A stretch of DNA of 64,000 bases from an uncultured delta proteobacterium (GTDB lineage Bacteria; Desulfobacterota; Binatia; UBA9968): NCBI GenBank assembly GCA_963804165.1, contig CAWDPO010000010.1, positions 128,001 through 192,000 of the forward strand, in the 5' to 3' direction. Position numbers and translations under genes: made by a program. This document shows positions 17,324 through 27,639 of the stretch, one piece after another (the stretch's first letter is position 1; the number at the start of each line of letters is the position of its first letter). Under the pieces are notes generated by a model. That model saw nothing but the letters and a program-made list of their open reading frames with translations. It made no database searches and was not told the origin of the DNA.

Positions 17324-18544
17324 ATGAACCGTTCGCGCCGTTCGTTTCTTAAATCGGCTGGGATGGGATTTTTAGCATTTGGACTACCGCCCACATTTCT
17401 CGTGCGCGCCGCAGCCGCTCAACAGAGTGGGCGCGGCAGAGTCCTGGTGGTGGTGTTTCAGCGCGGCGGCATGGACGGACTGAACGTCGTGATTCCGTTC
17501 AAAGACCGCGCCTATTACGCGCTCAGGCCGAGCATCGCCGTCGCCGAGCCGGCGTCGGGCGAAGAGCGTGCCATCGATCTCGACGGGTTTTACGCACTCC
17601 ATCCCGCTCTGGCACCTCTGAAGAGTTTTTACGACAAGGGCCAGCTGGCGATCGTGCACGCCGCCGGTTCGCCGGATAACAGCCGCTCGCATTTCGACTC
17701 GCAGGATTACATGGAGCTCGGTACGCCCGGAATCAAAAACACGCCCGACGGTTGGCTCAATCGCAGTCTCCATGAGAAACATGCGGATGACTCGCCGTTT
17801 CGCGGCGTTGCGGTCGGTCCGCAAACGCCGCGCATGCTGGCCGGCGCCGTGCCGACGTTGTCGATCTCTTCCATCGAAGAATTTCGCTTACGCAATGCAG
17901 CGATGGCGCCGGCTTTGGAAAAACTCTATGCCAGCTCAAACGATCCGCTGTTTCGCCGCGGCGGCAACAGTTTATTCGATGCCATGGCAAAGCTGCGCGT
18001 CATCGAATCCAAGATACCGCCGAGCACAGCGAGCTATCCTACCGGTAAATTCGGTGTGGGACTGAAACAGATTGCCCGGCTGATCAAAGCCGATGTCGGA
18101 CTCGAGATCGCCTTTGCTGAAATCGAGGGTTGGGACACGCACGTCGCCGAAGGCGGCGCCACCGGCCAGTTAGCAAATCGCCTAAAGGAACTTGGCGACG
18201 GCCTTGCGGCATTCTATCAAGACTTGGACGATCGCATGGAAAATGTCGTGCTCGTGACGATGTCGGAGTTTGGCCGCACGGCCAGAGAAAACGGCAATCG
18301 CGGCACCGACCACGGTCACGCCAACGTCATGTTCGTGCTCGGCGGAGGCGTACGCGGCGGCAAAGTCTACGGGCGCTGGCCGGGCCTGGCGCCGGAAGTT
18401 CTTTATGAAGGCCGAGACCTCGCTTTGACAACCGACTACCGCACCGTCTGCGGCGAAGTCCTGGCGCGCCACCTGGCGCAACGAGAGCTTGGGAGAATTT
18501 TTCCAGGTTTTCGCTCGCCGACTTCATTAGGCGTCGTGGTGTAA
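17324..18544 (+). CDS. DUF1501 domain protein with Tat signal
   Basis: SRRSFLK, FQRGGMDGLN, SRSHFDSQ, GWDTH, SEFGRT and GTDHG. Confidence 0.9.
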   Translation: MNRSRRSFLKSAGMGFLAFGLPPTFLVRAAAAQQSGRGRVLVVVFQRGGMDGLNVVIPFKDRAYYALRPSIAVAEPASGEERAIDLDGFYALHPALAPLKSFYDKGQLAIVHAAGSPDNSRSHFDSQDYMELGTPGIKNTPDGWLNRSLHEKHADDSPFRGVAVGPQTPRMLAGAVPTLSISSIEEFRLRNAAMAPALEKLYASSNDPLFRRGGNSLFDAMAKLRVIESKIPPSTASYPTGKFGVGLKQIARLIKADVGLEIAFAEIEGWDTHVAEGGATGQLANRLKELGDGLAAFYQDLDDRMENVVLVTMSEFGRTARENGNRGTDHGHANVMFVLGGGVRGGKVYGRWPGLAPEVLYEGRDLALTTDYRTVCGEVLARHLAQRELGRIFPGFRSPTSLGVVV

Positions 18545-18565
18545 GAATACCACAGACCGTGCTCC

Positions 18566-20389
18566 CTAGGTTTCTGGCGTGATCACGACCCGATCGGCAT
18601 CGCGGCCGTCGCGCGCCTGGAACCGGTACTGAAGATCGTACAAGCGCGCGTACAGACCGTTCTTCGCCAGAAGCTCGTCATGGCTTCCATCTTCCCAAAT
18701 CTCGCCTTTGTGAACGACGAGAATACGATCCGCGTGTTGGATCGTCGATAAACGGTGCGCGATGATCAGCGCAGTGCGGTTTTTTAGCAGCTCTTCCAAC
18801 GCGTCCTGGATCAACGCTTCTGTCTGGGTATCGACGGAACTGGTGGCTTCGTCGAGCACGAGAATCTTCGGATCGAACGCCAGGGCGCGGGCGAACGATA
18901 GTAATTGACGCTGACCCTGCGATAGCGTCGAGCCGCGCTCTTGGACTTCCTCGTGGTATCCGCGCGGCAGCCGCTCGATCAACGGGGCGATCTGCGCGCG
19001 GCGCGCCGCGTCGAGCATTTGCGCCTCGCCGATGCGTGCGTCGCCCAAAGTAATATTTGTGGCGATGTCTCCCGAAAAAAGAAATACATCCTGCAAAACC
19101 AGACCCAGGTGGCGACGCAGCTCCTGCTTGTTCCATTGGCGCACGTCGATACCGTCGACGAGAATCGCTCCGCGCTCCACGTCGTAGAAACGGCACAGCG
19201 CGGAGATGATCGAAGTCTTGCCTCCGCCGGTGGCGCCCACGAGTGCGACCCTCTCGCCGGCGCGCACGCGAAAAGAAATATTTTTGAGCACCGGCTCGCC
19301 CGGACGATAGGAAAGCCAGACGTCTTTGAACTCGATCGCGCCGGCGAAGTGATCGCTTTTCCTTGGCTGCGGCGGGTTTTTAATCGTCTCCGCCGTATCG
19401 AGCAAGGCGAAGATTCGCTCGGACGACGCCATCGCCGCCTGCATGATGTTATATTTCTCCGCCAGGTCGCGGATCGGCTGATACATGCGCTGGACATATT
19501 GGATAAAAGCGACGATCACGCCGGCCTGAACCGCGCTCGAAAGAATCTGCTGGCCGCCGTACCACAGCAAAAGCCCGATACTGAGTGCGCTGAATATCTC
19601 GATTACCGGGAAAAACAACGCGTTGTAGCGGATGCTGCGCAATAGCACGTCGCGGTAACTGAGGTTTACTTCTTTAAAGCGCTGATACATTTTATCTTCT
19701 TGACCGAAGGCCTGGACGGTAGCGACGCCGGCGATGTTTTCCTGCAAGCCGGCATTGAGACGGCCGAGAATTAGCCGGCTTTCCCGATAAACCTCGCGCG
19801 CGCGGCGCCGATAAAAGCGGCTGATGTAAAGAATCACCGGAAAGGCGGCGAGGCAAACCAGCGCCAGCCGCCAATCGAGCCAGAGCATCATCGCGCCGAT
19901 GCCGAAAACAATCGAGACGTCGCCGAGAAGGCCGACCACGCCGGTGCTGAAGAGCTCGTTGAGCGTTTCAACGTCGTTGATCGTGCGCGTTAAGAGCCGC
20001 CCGACCGCGTTGCGATCGAAATAAGCCAGGTCCTGCTTTTGCAAGTGAGAAAACACTTCCATGCGCAAGTCGTGCATTGCCCGTTGGCCGGTATATTCCG
20101 TCGTGCAAGTCTGAATAAACAGCACGACGAAGCCGAAGCAGACGACACCCAAATAGGCGAGCGCCATCAGATCGAGTCCGCGCACATCATGCTGGGCGAT
20201 GTAGCGGTCGATGGCAACCTTGGTGATGTAGGGACCGAGCAGCTGGCTGCCGGTCTGAAGCATGAGAAAAAAAAAGGAGATCGCGAGCAACTTCCCGTAG
20301 GGCCGCAGATAGCGCAGAATGCGCGCCATCAGGCGAGCATCGTAAGCCTTGCCGAGAATCTCGTCTTCGTAATGAGTTTCTTGGCTCAC
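18566..20389 (-). CDS. ABC exporter, permease/ATP-binding subunit of a heterodimer
   Basis: TMD plus NBD; GATGGGKT, degenerate signature LSQGQ, canonical Walker B VLDEAT. Confidence 0.9.
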   Translation of the reverse strand: MSQETHYEDEILGKAYDARLMARILRYLRPYGKLLAISFFFLMLQTGSQLLGPYITKVAIDRYIAQHDVRGLDLMALAYLGVVCFGFVVLFIQTCTTEYTGQRAMHDLRMEVFSHLQKQDLAYFDRNAVGRLLTRTINDVETLNELFSTGVVGLLGDVSIVFGIGAMMLWLDWRLALVCLAAFPVILYISRFYRRRAREVYRESRLILGRLNAGLQENIAGVATVQAFGQEDKMYQRFKEVNLSYRDVLLRSIRYNALFFPVIEIFSALSIGLLLWYGGQQILSSAVQAGVIVAFIQYVQRMYQPIRDLAEKYNIMQAAMASSERIFALLDTAETIKNPPQPRKSDHFAGAIEFKDVWLSYRPGEPVLKNISFRVRAGERVALVGATGGGKTSIISALCRFYDVERGAILVDGIDVRQWNKQELRRHLGLVLQDVFLFSGDIATNITLGDARIGEAQMLDAARRAQIAPLIERLPRGYHEEVQERGSTLSQGQRQLLSFARALAFDPKILVLDEATSSVDTQTEALIQDALEELLKNRTALIIAHRLSTIQHADRILVVHKGEIWEDGSHDELLAKNGLYARLYDLQYRFQARDGRDADRVVITPET

Positions 20390-22191
20390 GGGCGTCCTTC
20401 CGCGCGCGTCATGGATTCGACCTCGCGGGCCAAGCTCTGGCGTCGGTAGAGTTCGTAATAAGCACCGCGGCGCGCGATAAGCTCCGCATGCGTACCCTGC
20501 TCGATCAGCTCACCGGCATTCAAGTAGACAATCAGGTCCGCTTCGCGCACCGTCGAGATCCGATGTGAGATCAGCAAGGTCGTGCGCCCGCGCATGAACT
20601 GTTTCAGCTCGCGGAGAATTTCCTCTTCCGTCTCCACGTCGACGCTGGAAAAAGCATCGTCTAAAACCACGACCGGCGGATTCTTGATGATCGCCCGGGC
20701 CAACGCAGTGCGTTGTTTTTGTCCGCCCGACAAGCGCATGCCGCGCTCGCCGATCACGGTGTCGAAGCCCCCGCCGAAAGATTCGATCACCGGCAATAGT
20801 TGCGCGATGCGCGCGGCTTCGGCCACTCGATCGGTCTCGCCGTTCTCCGCCCCGAAAAGAATATTGTCCCTGACCGATCCGAAGAAAAGAAAAATATCCT
20901 GCGAAACGTAGCCGACGGCGTCCTCCAACCGGCGGCGAGCCATCTGCTTGATATCCACGCCTTCCACAAAGATCGTCTGATCATCGGGCTCGTAAAGCCG
21001 CAGCAGCAAATTGACCAAGGTGCTTTTGCCGGAACCGGTCTCGCCGACGATGCCGCAGACGGTTCCAGCGGGGATCTGTAGATTGATATTTTTCAACGCC
21101 GGCGCATGCGCGCCATCGTAGGCGAAGGTGAGGTTGCGAAATTCGATGGCGCCGCGGATTGGCACGGCGCCATTCGACGCCGTCAAAGGTTGATAGCGCG
21201 GCGAAATCGGCGTGTCCAACACCTCGGCGATGCGGCTGAGCGCCGCGGTGCCGCGCTGATATTGATTGGCTGTGTAGCCAATGGCCATAAGCGGCCAGGT
21301 GAGCATCCCCAAATATCCGGTGAAGGCCACGTACTCGCCCAAAGTCATTGTACCTAGCAAGACTTGGCGTCCGCCGAGCCACAGCACTACCGTGGCCGCC
21401 AGCCCCGCCATCACCTGCATCAGCGGCCAAAAAATCCCCCACAGCGTGGCGAGCCACATGGTTTTGCGCCGGTATTCGGAGCTGATCGCGTCGAAGCCAC
21501 GGATCTGGTTTTGCTCCTGTGCATACGCCTGCACCACGCGTATGCCGGACAGATTTTCCAGTGCGTAAGCGCTCAGATTGCTAAGCTGCGCCTGGGTATC
21601 ACGCGACGAGCGAAAAATTTGCCGCCCGAAATAACGCACCACGATGGGAATCAGCGGCATCGCGAGCATGGACCATAGGGTGAGCCAGGGATCGATAGTG
21701 ATCATCAGAGTCAGGCTGAAAACAATTACGACCACGGCGTCGACCATCGCCAGCGAGCCGAAGCCCATCAGCTCGCGCACGGCGTGAATGTCATTGGTGA
21801 GACGCGACATCAAATCGCCGGTCTTGGTGTACTGGAAGTAATTGAGCGGCAGCTTCTGTAAATGGGAAAACACGCGATCGCGCAGATCGGCTTCGCAGCG
21901 GCGCGAGAAGCCGTGAATATTGATACGCCAACAGTAGCGGAAAAATCCCTGCAGTGCCGCGCCGAGCAGAATCAGCGCGGGATACATGATCAACGAGCCA
22001 TCGCCGTTCGCGCCGCGCAACGCCGTGTCGATACCGCCTTTGATCAACCACGGCAGCGTGATACCGGCAAGGTCGGTGGCGATAAGCGAGAGGATGCCGA
22101 GAAGCAGAAACCGGCGGTAGCGATCAACGAGAAACTTGACGCGATGGTAATAGCGAAGAATCGCTCTGCCCTCTTTTTTGCGCCGGTGCAT
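20386..22191 (-). CDS. ABC exporter, permease/ATP-binding subunit of a heterodimer
   Basis: GETGSGKS, LSGGQKQR, degenerate Walker B VLDDAF; asymmetric pair with the neighbouring gene. Confidence 0.9.
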   Translation of the reverse strand: MHRRKKEGRAILRYYHRVKFLVDRYRRFLLLGILSLIATDLAGITLPWLIKGGIDTALRGANGDGSLIMYPALILLGAALQGFFRYCWRINIHGFSRRCEADLRDRVFSHLQKLPLNYFQYTKTGDLMSRLTNDIHAVRELMGFGSLAMVDAVVVIVFSLTLMITIDPWLTLWSMLAMPLIPIVVRYFGRQIFRSSRDTQAQLSNLSAYALENLSGIRVVQAYAQEQNQIRGFDAISSEYRRKTMWLATLWGIFWPLMQVMAGLAATVVLWLGGRQVLLGTMTLGEYVAFTGYLGMLTWPLMAIGYTANQYQRGTAALSRIAEVLDTPISPRYQPLTASNGAVPIRGAIEFRNLTFAYDGAHAPALKNINLQIPAGTVCGIVGETGSGKSTLVNLLLRLYEPDDQTIFVEGVDIKQMARRRLEDAVGYVSQDIFLFFGSVRDNILFGAENGETDRVAEAARIAQLLPVIESFGGGFDTVIGERGMRLSGGQKQRTALARAIIKNPPVVVLDDAFSSVDVETEEEILRELKQFMRGRTTLLISHRISTVREADLIVYLNAGELIEQGTHAELIARRGAYYELYRRQSLAREVESMTRAEGRP

Positions 22192-22207
22192 TCACCGAGC
22201 GCGATCC

Positions 22208-23659
22208 TTAGTCCTTGGTGACGCCGTGTTCACGGTAAACTTCGGCCCACTGCCCCGTCATGAGCTTGTCCATGACGGTCGGAAGCGAAGTCATAGCGAC
22301 ACGCACCTGCCCCATGCTATCGCGATCGCGGATCGTCACCTTTTCGTCAGCGGGGGCCTTCTCGTCGCCGACGGTTTGGACATCGATGGTGACGCAGAAC
22401 GGTGTCCCCACTTCGTCCTGGCGTCGATAGAGCCGGCCGATGGACGCCGTGTCGTCGTAGACGGAATGCCAGCGCTTGCGCAGGTCAGCCGTGAGTGTCT
22501 CGGCGGTCTCCACGATCCGAGCGTTTTTCTTGAGCAGCGGCAACACCGCAATTTTGATTGGCGCGAGCTCTGGATGGAAATTCAGGACGACGCGTTTCTC
22601 ACCTCTGACCTCTTCTTCGTGGTACGCGTCAACGAGAAACGCGAGTGTGCCGCGATCCGCTCCGGCCGACGGCTCGATGACAAAGGGAACGACTTTCTGC
22701 TTGCTCTCCTCGTCGAAGTATTCGAGCGCCTTGCCGCTAAATTGCGCGTGCTGCTTGAGATCGAAGTCGGTACGGTTGGCGATGCCTTCGAGCTCGCTCC
22801 AGCCCATTGGAAAAAGATATTCGATGTCCGCCGTGCGCTTGGCGTAGTGCGCCAATTCGTCTTTGTCATGCTCGCGCAGGCGCAGATTCTCTTTGTGCAT
22901 GCCGTAGCGCGGGTACCAAGAAAAGCGCTCGTCGATCCAGCGCTGGTGCCAGTCTTCATCGCTGCCCGGCATAACGAAAAACTCAATTTCCATCTGCTCG
23001 AATTCGCGCGTGCGAAAAGTGAAATTACCGGGCGTGATCTCGTTGCGAAACGACTTGCCAATCTGCGCGATGCCGAAGGGCAGCTTCATGCGCATCGCCT
23101 GGAGCACGTTGTCGAAGTTGACGAAGATTCCCTGTGCGGTCTCGGGCCTGAGATAAGTCACCGCTGCGTCCTCTTCCACCGGCCCCATGAAAGTTTTGAA
23201 CATCAAATTAAATTGGCGCGGCTCTGTGAGTTCGCCTTTGCCGCAAGCCGGACAGAAAATCCTTTTCTTGCCACAGTGTTTGCACGCTTCACCACCCGGG
23301 ATATTGAACTTATTTCCCTTTGTCGCCTCGCAAAAATGAACCCATGCGTCGTCCTCAAGCTTGTCCGCACGAAAGCGTTTTTTGCAAGCGCGGCAATCCA
23401 CCATCGGATCGGTGAAGTGGTCGAGATGACCGCTCGCCTGCCACACGCGCGCATGCATCAGAATCGACGAGTCGAGCCCCACCATGTCGGCGCGGTTCTG
23501 CACCGAGTCGCGCCACCACACGCGCTTGACGTTATTCTTCAGCTCCACGCCGAGCGGCCCGTAGTCCCAACACGACCCCGTCCCGCCATAGATCTCACTC
23601 GACTGAAAAATAAACCCGCGCCGCTTGCACAGCGACACGATCTTGTCCATGTCTACCAT
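22208..23659 (-). CDS. glyQS: Glycine--tRNA ligase, alpha2 (homodimeric) type
   Basis: [41 protein letters not shown] and [10 protein letters not shown]. Confidence 0.96.
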   Translation of the reverse strand: MVDMDKIVSLCKRRGFIFQSSEIYGGTGSCWDYGPLGVELKNNVKRVWWRDSVQNRADMVGLDSSILMHARVWQASGHLDHFTDPMVDCRACKKRFRADKLEDDAWVHFCEATKGNKFNIPGGEACKHCGKKRIFCPACGKGELTEPRQFNLMFKTFMGPVEEDAAVTYLRPETAQGIFVNFDNVLQAMRMKLPFGIAQIGKSFRNEITPGNFTFRTREFEQMEIEFFVMPGSDEDWHQRWIDERFSWYPRYGMHKENLRLREHDKDELAHYAKRTADIEYLFPMGWSELEGIANRTDFDLKQHAQFSGKALEYFDEESKQKVVPFVIEPSAGADRGTLAFLVDAYHEEEVRGEKRVVLNFHPELAPIKIAVLPLLKKNARIVETAETLTADLRKRWHSVYDDTASIGRLYRRQDEVGTPFCVTIDVQTVGDEKAPADEKVTIRDRDSMGQVRVAMTSLPTVMDKLMTGQWAEVYREHGVTKD

Positions 23660-23690
23660 CCGGGAATCCTATCTGAAGGTGAATTCTGAC

Positions 23691-23719
23691 AATGTAATGG
23701 ATGGGGGCGGCAGAGTCAA
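23691..23719 (-). promoter_or_regulatory. Putative sigma70 promoter of glyQS
   Basis: TTGACT-N17-TACATT about 30 bp upstream of the start codon. Confidence 0.5.
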
Positions 23720-23800
23720 AACCGCTATAATGGGCGCGTTAATTCCGTCGGCCGGCAGCAGAAGCGCCCGTTCACTCCCGTCGAACCGTGATAACAATTT

Positions 23801-24607
23801 TTAGTCTAACCCCAGCATGTTTTGCATGCCGTAGAGGCCCGGCTTCTTGTTCGCCAGCCACTGTGCCGCGCGCAGCGCGCCGTGGGCGAAGGTGTCGCGA
23901 CTGTGGGCGCGGTGGATGAATTCGAGGCGCTCGCCGATACCGCCGAAGATGACCGTGTGCTCGCCGACAATATCGCCAGCGCGCACGGAGAGCAGAGAGA
24001 TTTCTTTTTTGCCGCGCTCACCGACGATGCCTTTTCGGCCGTTGATAGCGACTTTATCGAGATCGCGGTTGAGCGCCAGTGCGACCGAGCGACCAAGCGC
24101 TAAAGCCGTGCCGCTCGGCGCGTCTTTCTTAAAGCGATGGTGCGCTTCGATGATCTCAACGTCATAATCGTCGCCAAGCATCTTCGCCGCTTTTCCCAGC
24201 AAAGAAACGAGAACATTGACAGCCAAGCTGGTGTTTGCCGAGAGCAGAGTCGGCACGCGTCGAGCCAGCTGTTCAATTTCAGCTTGCTGGTTCGGCGTGA
24301 AGCCCGTGGTTGCGATTACGATCGGCGCGCGTTTCTTCGCCGCGCTTCGCAAGAATCCCAAAGATGCTTCGGGACTAGTAAAATCGACTATGACTGTATT
24401 GGCTTTCAAAGCGGCGTCAAGATTGTCCGTGACGGGAATGCCGATACGGCCAACCGCCGATATCTCGCCGGCGTCTCTGGCTAACCTCGAGCTGCCCGGC
24501 TTATCGATCGCCGCGATCAGCTTAAAATCGGCGGAATCTTGAATCGCGCGGACGACGGCGCCGCCCATCCGGCCGCCGACACCGCAGACGATAATTCCAA
24601 TCGCCAT
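23801..24607 (-). CDS. dapB: 4-hydroxy-tetrahydrodipicolinate reductase
   Basis: GGRMG, EAHHRFKKDAPSGTA and GEHTV. Confidence 0.95.
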   Translation of the reverse strand: MAIGIIVCGVGGRMGGAVVRAIQDSADFKLIAAIDKPGSSRLARDAGEISAVGRIGIPVTDNLDAALKANTVIVDFTSPEASLGFLRSAAKKRAPIVIATTGFTPNQQAEIEQLARRVPTLLSANTSLAVNVLVSLLGKAAKMLGDDYDVEIIEAHHRFKKDAPSGTALALGRSVALALNRDLDKVAINGRKGIVGERGKKEISLLSVRAGDIVGEHTVIFGGIGERLEFIHRAHSRDTFAHGALRAAQWLANKKPGLYGMQNMLGLD

Positions 24608-25486
24608 CTAATTTTGCAGCAGACCAAAATCGTGCATCGCTTGTCTGAGCTTCTTCACGTTGCCTTCAGCCATCGGCGTGAGCGGCAAACGGAGATCGCC
24701 GCTGCACTTGCCCATGAGCGACAGCGCGGTCTTGACGGGAATTGGATTAGTCTCGACGAACAAACCGTGGATCAGCGGGATGAGTTTGAATTGAAGCTCG
24801 CGCCCCTTCTCCCAGTTGCCCTTTAAACAAGCTTCCGTGAGCTGCGCGGTTTCTTTCGGCGCGACGTTGGCGACCGTCGAGATGACGCCCTTGCCGCCCA
24901 GCGCCATCAAAGAAAAAATCAGCGTGTCTTCGCCGGAATAGACGGCCAAGCGATCACCGCACAAGCGAATCACGTCGATCGCTTGATCGACCGAGCCGGT
25001 CGCTTCTTTCACGCCGGCGATGTTCTTGATTTCAGACATGCGCGCCAGAGTTTCCGGCTCGATCTTGGACCCGGTGCGGCCGGGAATATTGTAGACGATG
25101 ATCGGAATGCCGACATTCGATGCAACCTCTTTGTAGTGCTGATAAATCCCCTCCTGGGTCGGGCGATTGTAGTAGGGCGAGATCATCAGCGCACCGTCGG
25201 CGCCGGATTTCTCCGCTTCGCGCGTGAGCCGTACTGCTTCTTCGGTGGAATTGGAACCCGTGCCGGCGATGACCGGAACGCGTTTGTCGACCGCTTTGAT
25301 TACCGCGCGAATGACTTCATCGTGCTCCTGATGGCTCAGCGTGGCCGATTCTCCGGTGGTGCCGCAAGGCACGATCCCATGCGTACCGTTGTGTAAATGA
25401 AAGTCGATCAACCCTTCGAGACTTTGCCAATCGACGCCGCCGTTTTTGAACGGCGTGACCAATGCAACCATCGACCCGGTAAACAT
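24608..25486 (-). CDS. dapA: 4-hydroxy-tetrahydrodipicolinate synthase
   Basis: GTTGES, PYYNRP, YNIPGRT, VKEA and ETNPIPVK. Confidence 0.96.
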   Translation of the reverse strand: MFTGSMVALVTPFKNGGVDWQSLEGLIDFHLHNGTHGIVPCGTTGESATLSHQEHDEVIRAVIKAVDKRVPVIAGTGSNSTEEAVRLTREAEKSGADGALMISPYYNRPTQEGIYQHYKEVASNVGIPIIVYNIPGRTGSKIEPETLARMSEIKNIAGVKEATGSVDQAIDVIRLCGDRLAVYSGEDTLIFSLMALGGKGVISTVANVAPKETAQLTEACLKGNWEKGRELQFKLIPLIHGLFVETNPIPVKTALSLMGKCSGDLRLPLTPMAEGNVKKLRQAMHDFGLLQN

Positions 25487-25497
25487 AGCGCTATCTC

Positions 25498-26319
25498 CTA
25501 CGCGATCTTGACGGTCCCGTGAAACACTTCTTCCGCGCCGCCCGTCATATAGACGCGGTTATTGTCGCGCCATTCAATCAACAGATCGCCGCCTTTTAGA
25601 TGAATCGTGATCTCGCGCTCGGTCCGGCCGGTGATCACGCCGGCGACGCCCACCGCGCTGGCGCCTGTGCCGCACGCCCAGGTCTCGCCTGCGCCGCGCT
25701 CCCAGACGCGCATCTTAACTTCCTCCGGATTGATGATCTTGATGAATTCGGTATTCACCCGTTTCGGAAAAAACGGATGATGCTCGAAACGCAGCCCGAT
25801 CTTTTCAAGATCGAGCGAGTCGATGTCGTCGAGATAGAGTACGCAATGTGGGTTGCCCATGGAGACGCAGGTCACCTCATAAGTCTTGCCGTCGATCGTC
25901 AGCGGCCGGTTCTTAATCTCGCCGTCGGCGTCGACGGGGATCCTTCGCCCTTCGAGGATCGGCTCGCCCATGTCGACCTCGACCAGTTCGCCGACAATCT
26001 TTGGCCGAATAATGCCGGCGAGCGTCTCGACTTCGAGCTCTCGCTTCTGCGTGATGCCGTGATCGTAAACATATTTGGCAAAACAGCGGATGCCGTTGCC
26101 GCACATCTCCACCTGGCTGCCGTCGGCGTTGTAGATCTCCATCCTGAAGTCGGCGACCTTCGACGGATGCACCGTCAGCAGTTGATCCGCGCCGATGCCG
26201 AAGCGCCGGTCACAGAGTTTTTTGGCGACCGATTCCAAGTTGTCGATGTTCTTTTTCAGGCAATCGAGAAAAACAAAGTCATTGCCGGCCCCGTGCATCT
26301 TGGTAAACTCGATCTCCAT
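25498..26319 (-). CDS. dapF: Diaminopimelate epimerase
   Basis: KMHGAGNDF, EMCGNGIRC, SMGNPH and ERGAGETWACGTG. Confidence 0.96.
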   Translation of the reverse strand: MEIEFTKMHGAGNDFVFLDCLKKNIDNLESVAKKLCDRRFGIGADQLLTVHPSKVADFRMEIYNADGSQVEMCGNGIRCFAKYVYDHGITQKRELEVETLAGIIRPKIVGELVEVDMGEPILEGRRIPVDADGEIKNRPLTIDGKTYEVTCVSMGNPHCVLYLDDIDSLDLEKIGLRFEHHPFFPKRVNTEFIKIINPEEVKMRVWERGAGETWACGTGASAVGVAGVITGRTEREITIHLKGGDLLIEWRDNNRVYMTGGAEEVFHGTVKIA

Positions 26320-26333
26320 TAATCCCCAACCCT

Positions 26334-26362
26334 TTGAACTCTTGAACCTTGAACTTTTGAAC
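26334..26362 (+). repeat. TTGAAC tandem array, 4 units at 7-8 bp period
   Basis: ttgaactc ttgaacc ttgaactt ttgaac in the lysA-dapF spacer. Confidence 0.8.
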
Positions 26363-26367
26363 GGTCC

Positions 26368-27639
26368 CTACTGCAGCGAAGCCGGAATCGATTCCCCATT
26401 GATCAGATCATCCAAACTCTCCCGCTTACGCACAATGTAATATTGATCGCTGTCGACCAGCACCTCGGGCGGCTTTGGATGGGAATTATAATTGGAAGCC
26501 ATCGTAAAGCCGTAAGCACCAGCACTCATGACCGCCAGCAAGTCGCCGCGCTTCGGACGGGCGATCTCGCGATCCTTGGCGAAGAAGTCGCCACTCTCGC
26601 AGATCGGTCCGACGACGTCCGCGACGAATTTGTCGGCATTGGTTTCGACCACCGGTTGAATCGCCTGATACGAGCCGTAAAGCGCTGGACGAATCAGATC
26701 GTTCATGCCGCTGTCGACGATGACAAATTTTTTCGTGTCGGTTTCCTTGATGTATTGCACTTCGGTAAGAAGAATCCCTGCGTTGCCGACGATGACGCGG
26801 CCAGGCTCAAGAATCAGCGTGATGTCCAATCCTTCGAGCCCCTGAATGATCGCCTTGGCGTACTCGTCCGGTAACGGCGGCGTTTCATCGTGATAATTTA
26901 TCCCGAGACCGCCGCCGAGATCGAGATAACGGATCTGCGCGCCTTCTTTTTTCATCTCGCCGGCGAGCACACGATCCAAGTACTCACGCACCTTGGCCAA
27001 CGCATCGACGAACGGTGTCACCGAGGTGAGCTGCGAACCGATGTGGCAGTCGACGCCGACGACTTCGACGTTTTTTAACGAAACCGCCTTCCTGTAAGTC
27101 TCCAGCGATTTCTTTATATCGACGCCGAACTTCGCCTTTTTCATCCCCGTCGATATATAGGGATGGGTCTGCGGATCGACGTCAGGATTGACGCGCAGGC
27201 TGATCGGCGCCTTTTTGCCGACGCTCGCGGCGATCTCATTGAGCGCGAATAATTCCTCCTCAGACTCGACATTGAACATCAATATTCCCGCGTTGAGGGC
27301 GTACTCGATTTCTTGTTTCTTCTTGCCGACACCGGAGAAAACGATTTTTTTTGGGTCCGCGCCGACCTTCAGGGCGCGAAACAGCTCGCCGCCGGAAACG
27401 ATATCGAAGCCGCTGCCCTCCTTAGCGAAAGCGCGAAGCAGCGCAAGATTAGAGTTGGCCTTCACCGAGAAACAAACGATGTGCGGCGTCTTACCGAAGG
27501 CCTGATCGAATACTTTGAAATGGCGTTTGAGCGTCGCCAGGCTGTACACATAGGCCGGCGTGCCGACCTCTTGGGCAATGCGCTTCAGCGCCACTCCCTC
27601 AGCGAACATTTCTCCATTGCGATATTCAAAATGGTTCAT
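26368..27639 (-). CDS. lysA: Diaminopimelate decarboxylase
   Basis: SVKANSN (PLP lysine), HIGSQ, DLGGG, EPGR and GPICESGD. Confidence 0.96.
   Translation of the reverse strand: MNHFEYRNGEMFAEGVALKRIAQEVGTPAYVYSLATLKRHFKVFDQAFGKTPHIVCFSVKANSNLALLRAFAKEGSGFDIVSGGELFRALKVGADPKKIVFSGVGKKKQEIEYALNAGILMFNVESEEELFALNEIAASVGKKAPISLRVNPDVDPQTHPYISTGMKKAKFGVDIKKSLETYRKAVSLKNVEVVGVDCHIGSQLTSVTPFVDALAKVREYLDRVLAGEMKKEGAQIRYLDLGGGLGINYHDETPPLPDEYAKAIIQGLEGLDITLILEPGRVIVGNAGILLTEVQYIKETDTKKFVIVDSGMNDLIRPALYGSYQAIQPVVETNADKFVADVVGPICESGDFFAKDREIARPKRGDLLAVMSAGAYGFTMASNYNSHPKPPEVLVDSDQYYIVRKRESLDDLINGESIPASLQ

Noticed and set aside
22178-23689. 503-aa ORF antisense to glyQS
   Set aside because: Shadow ORF expected from GC-rich codon bias; no recognisable motifs
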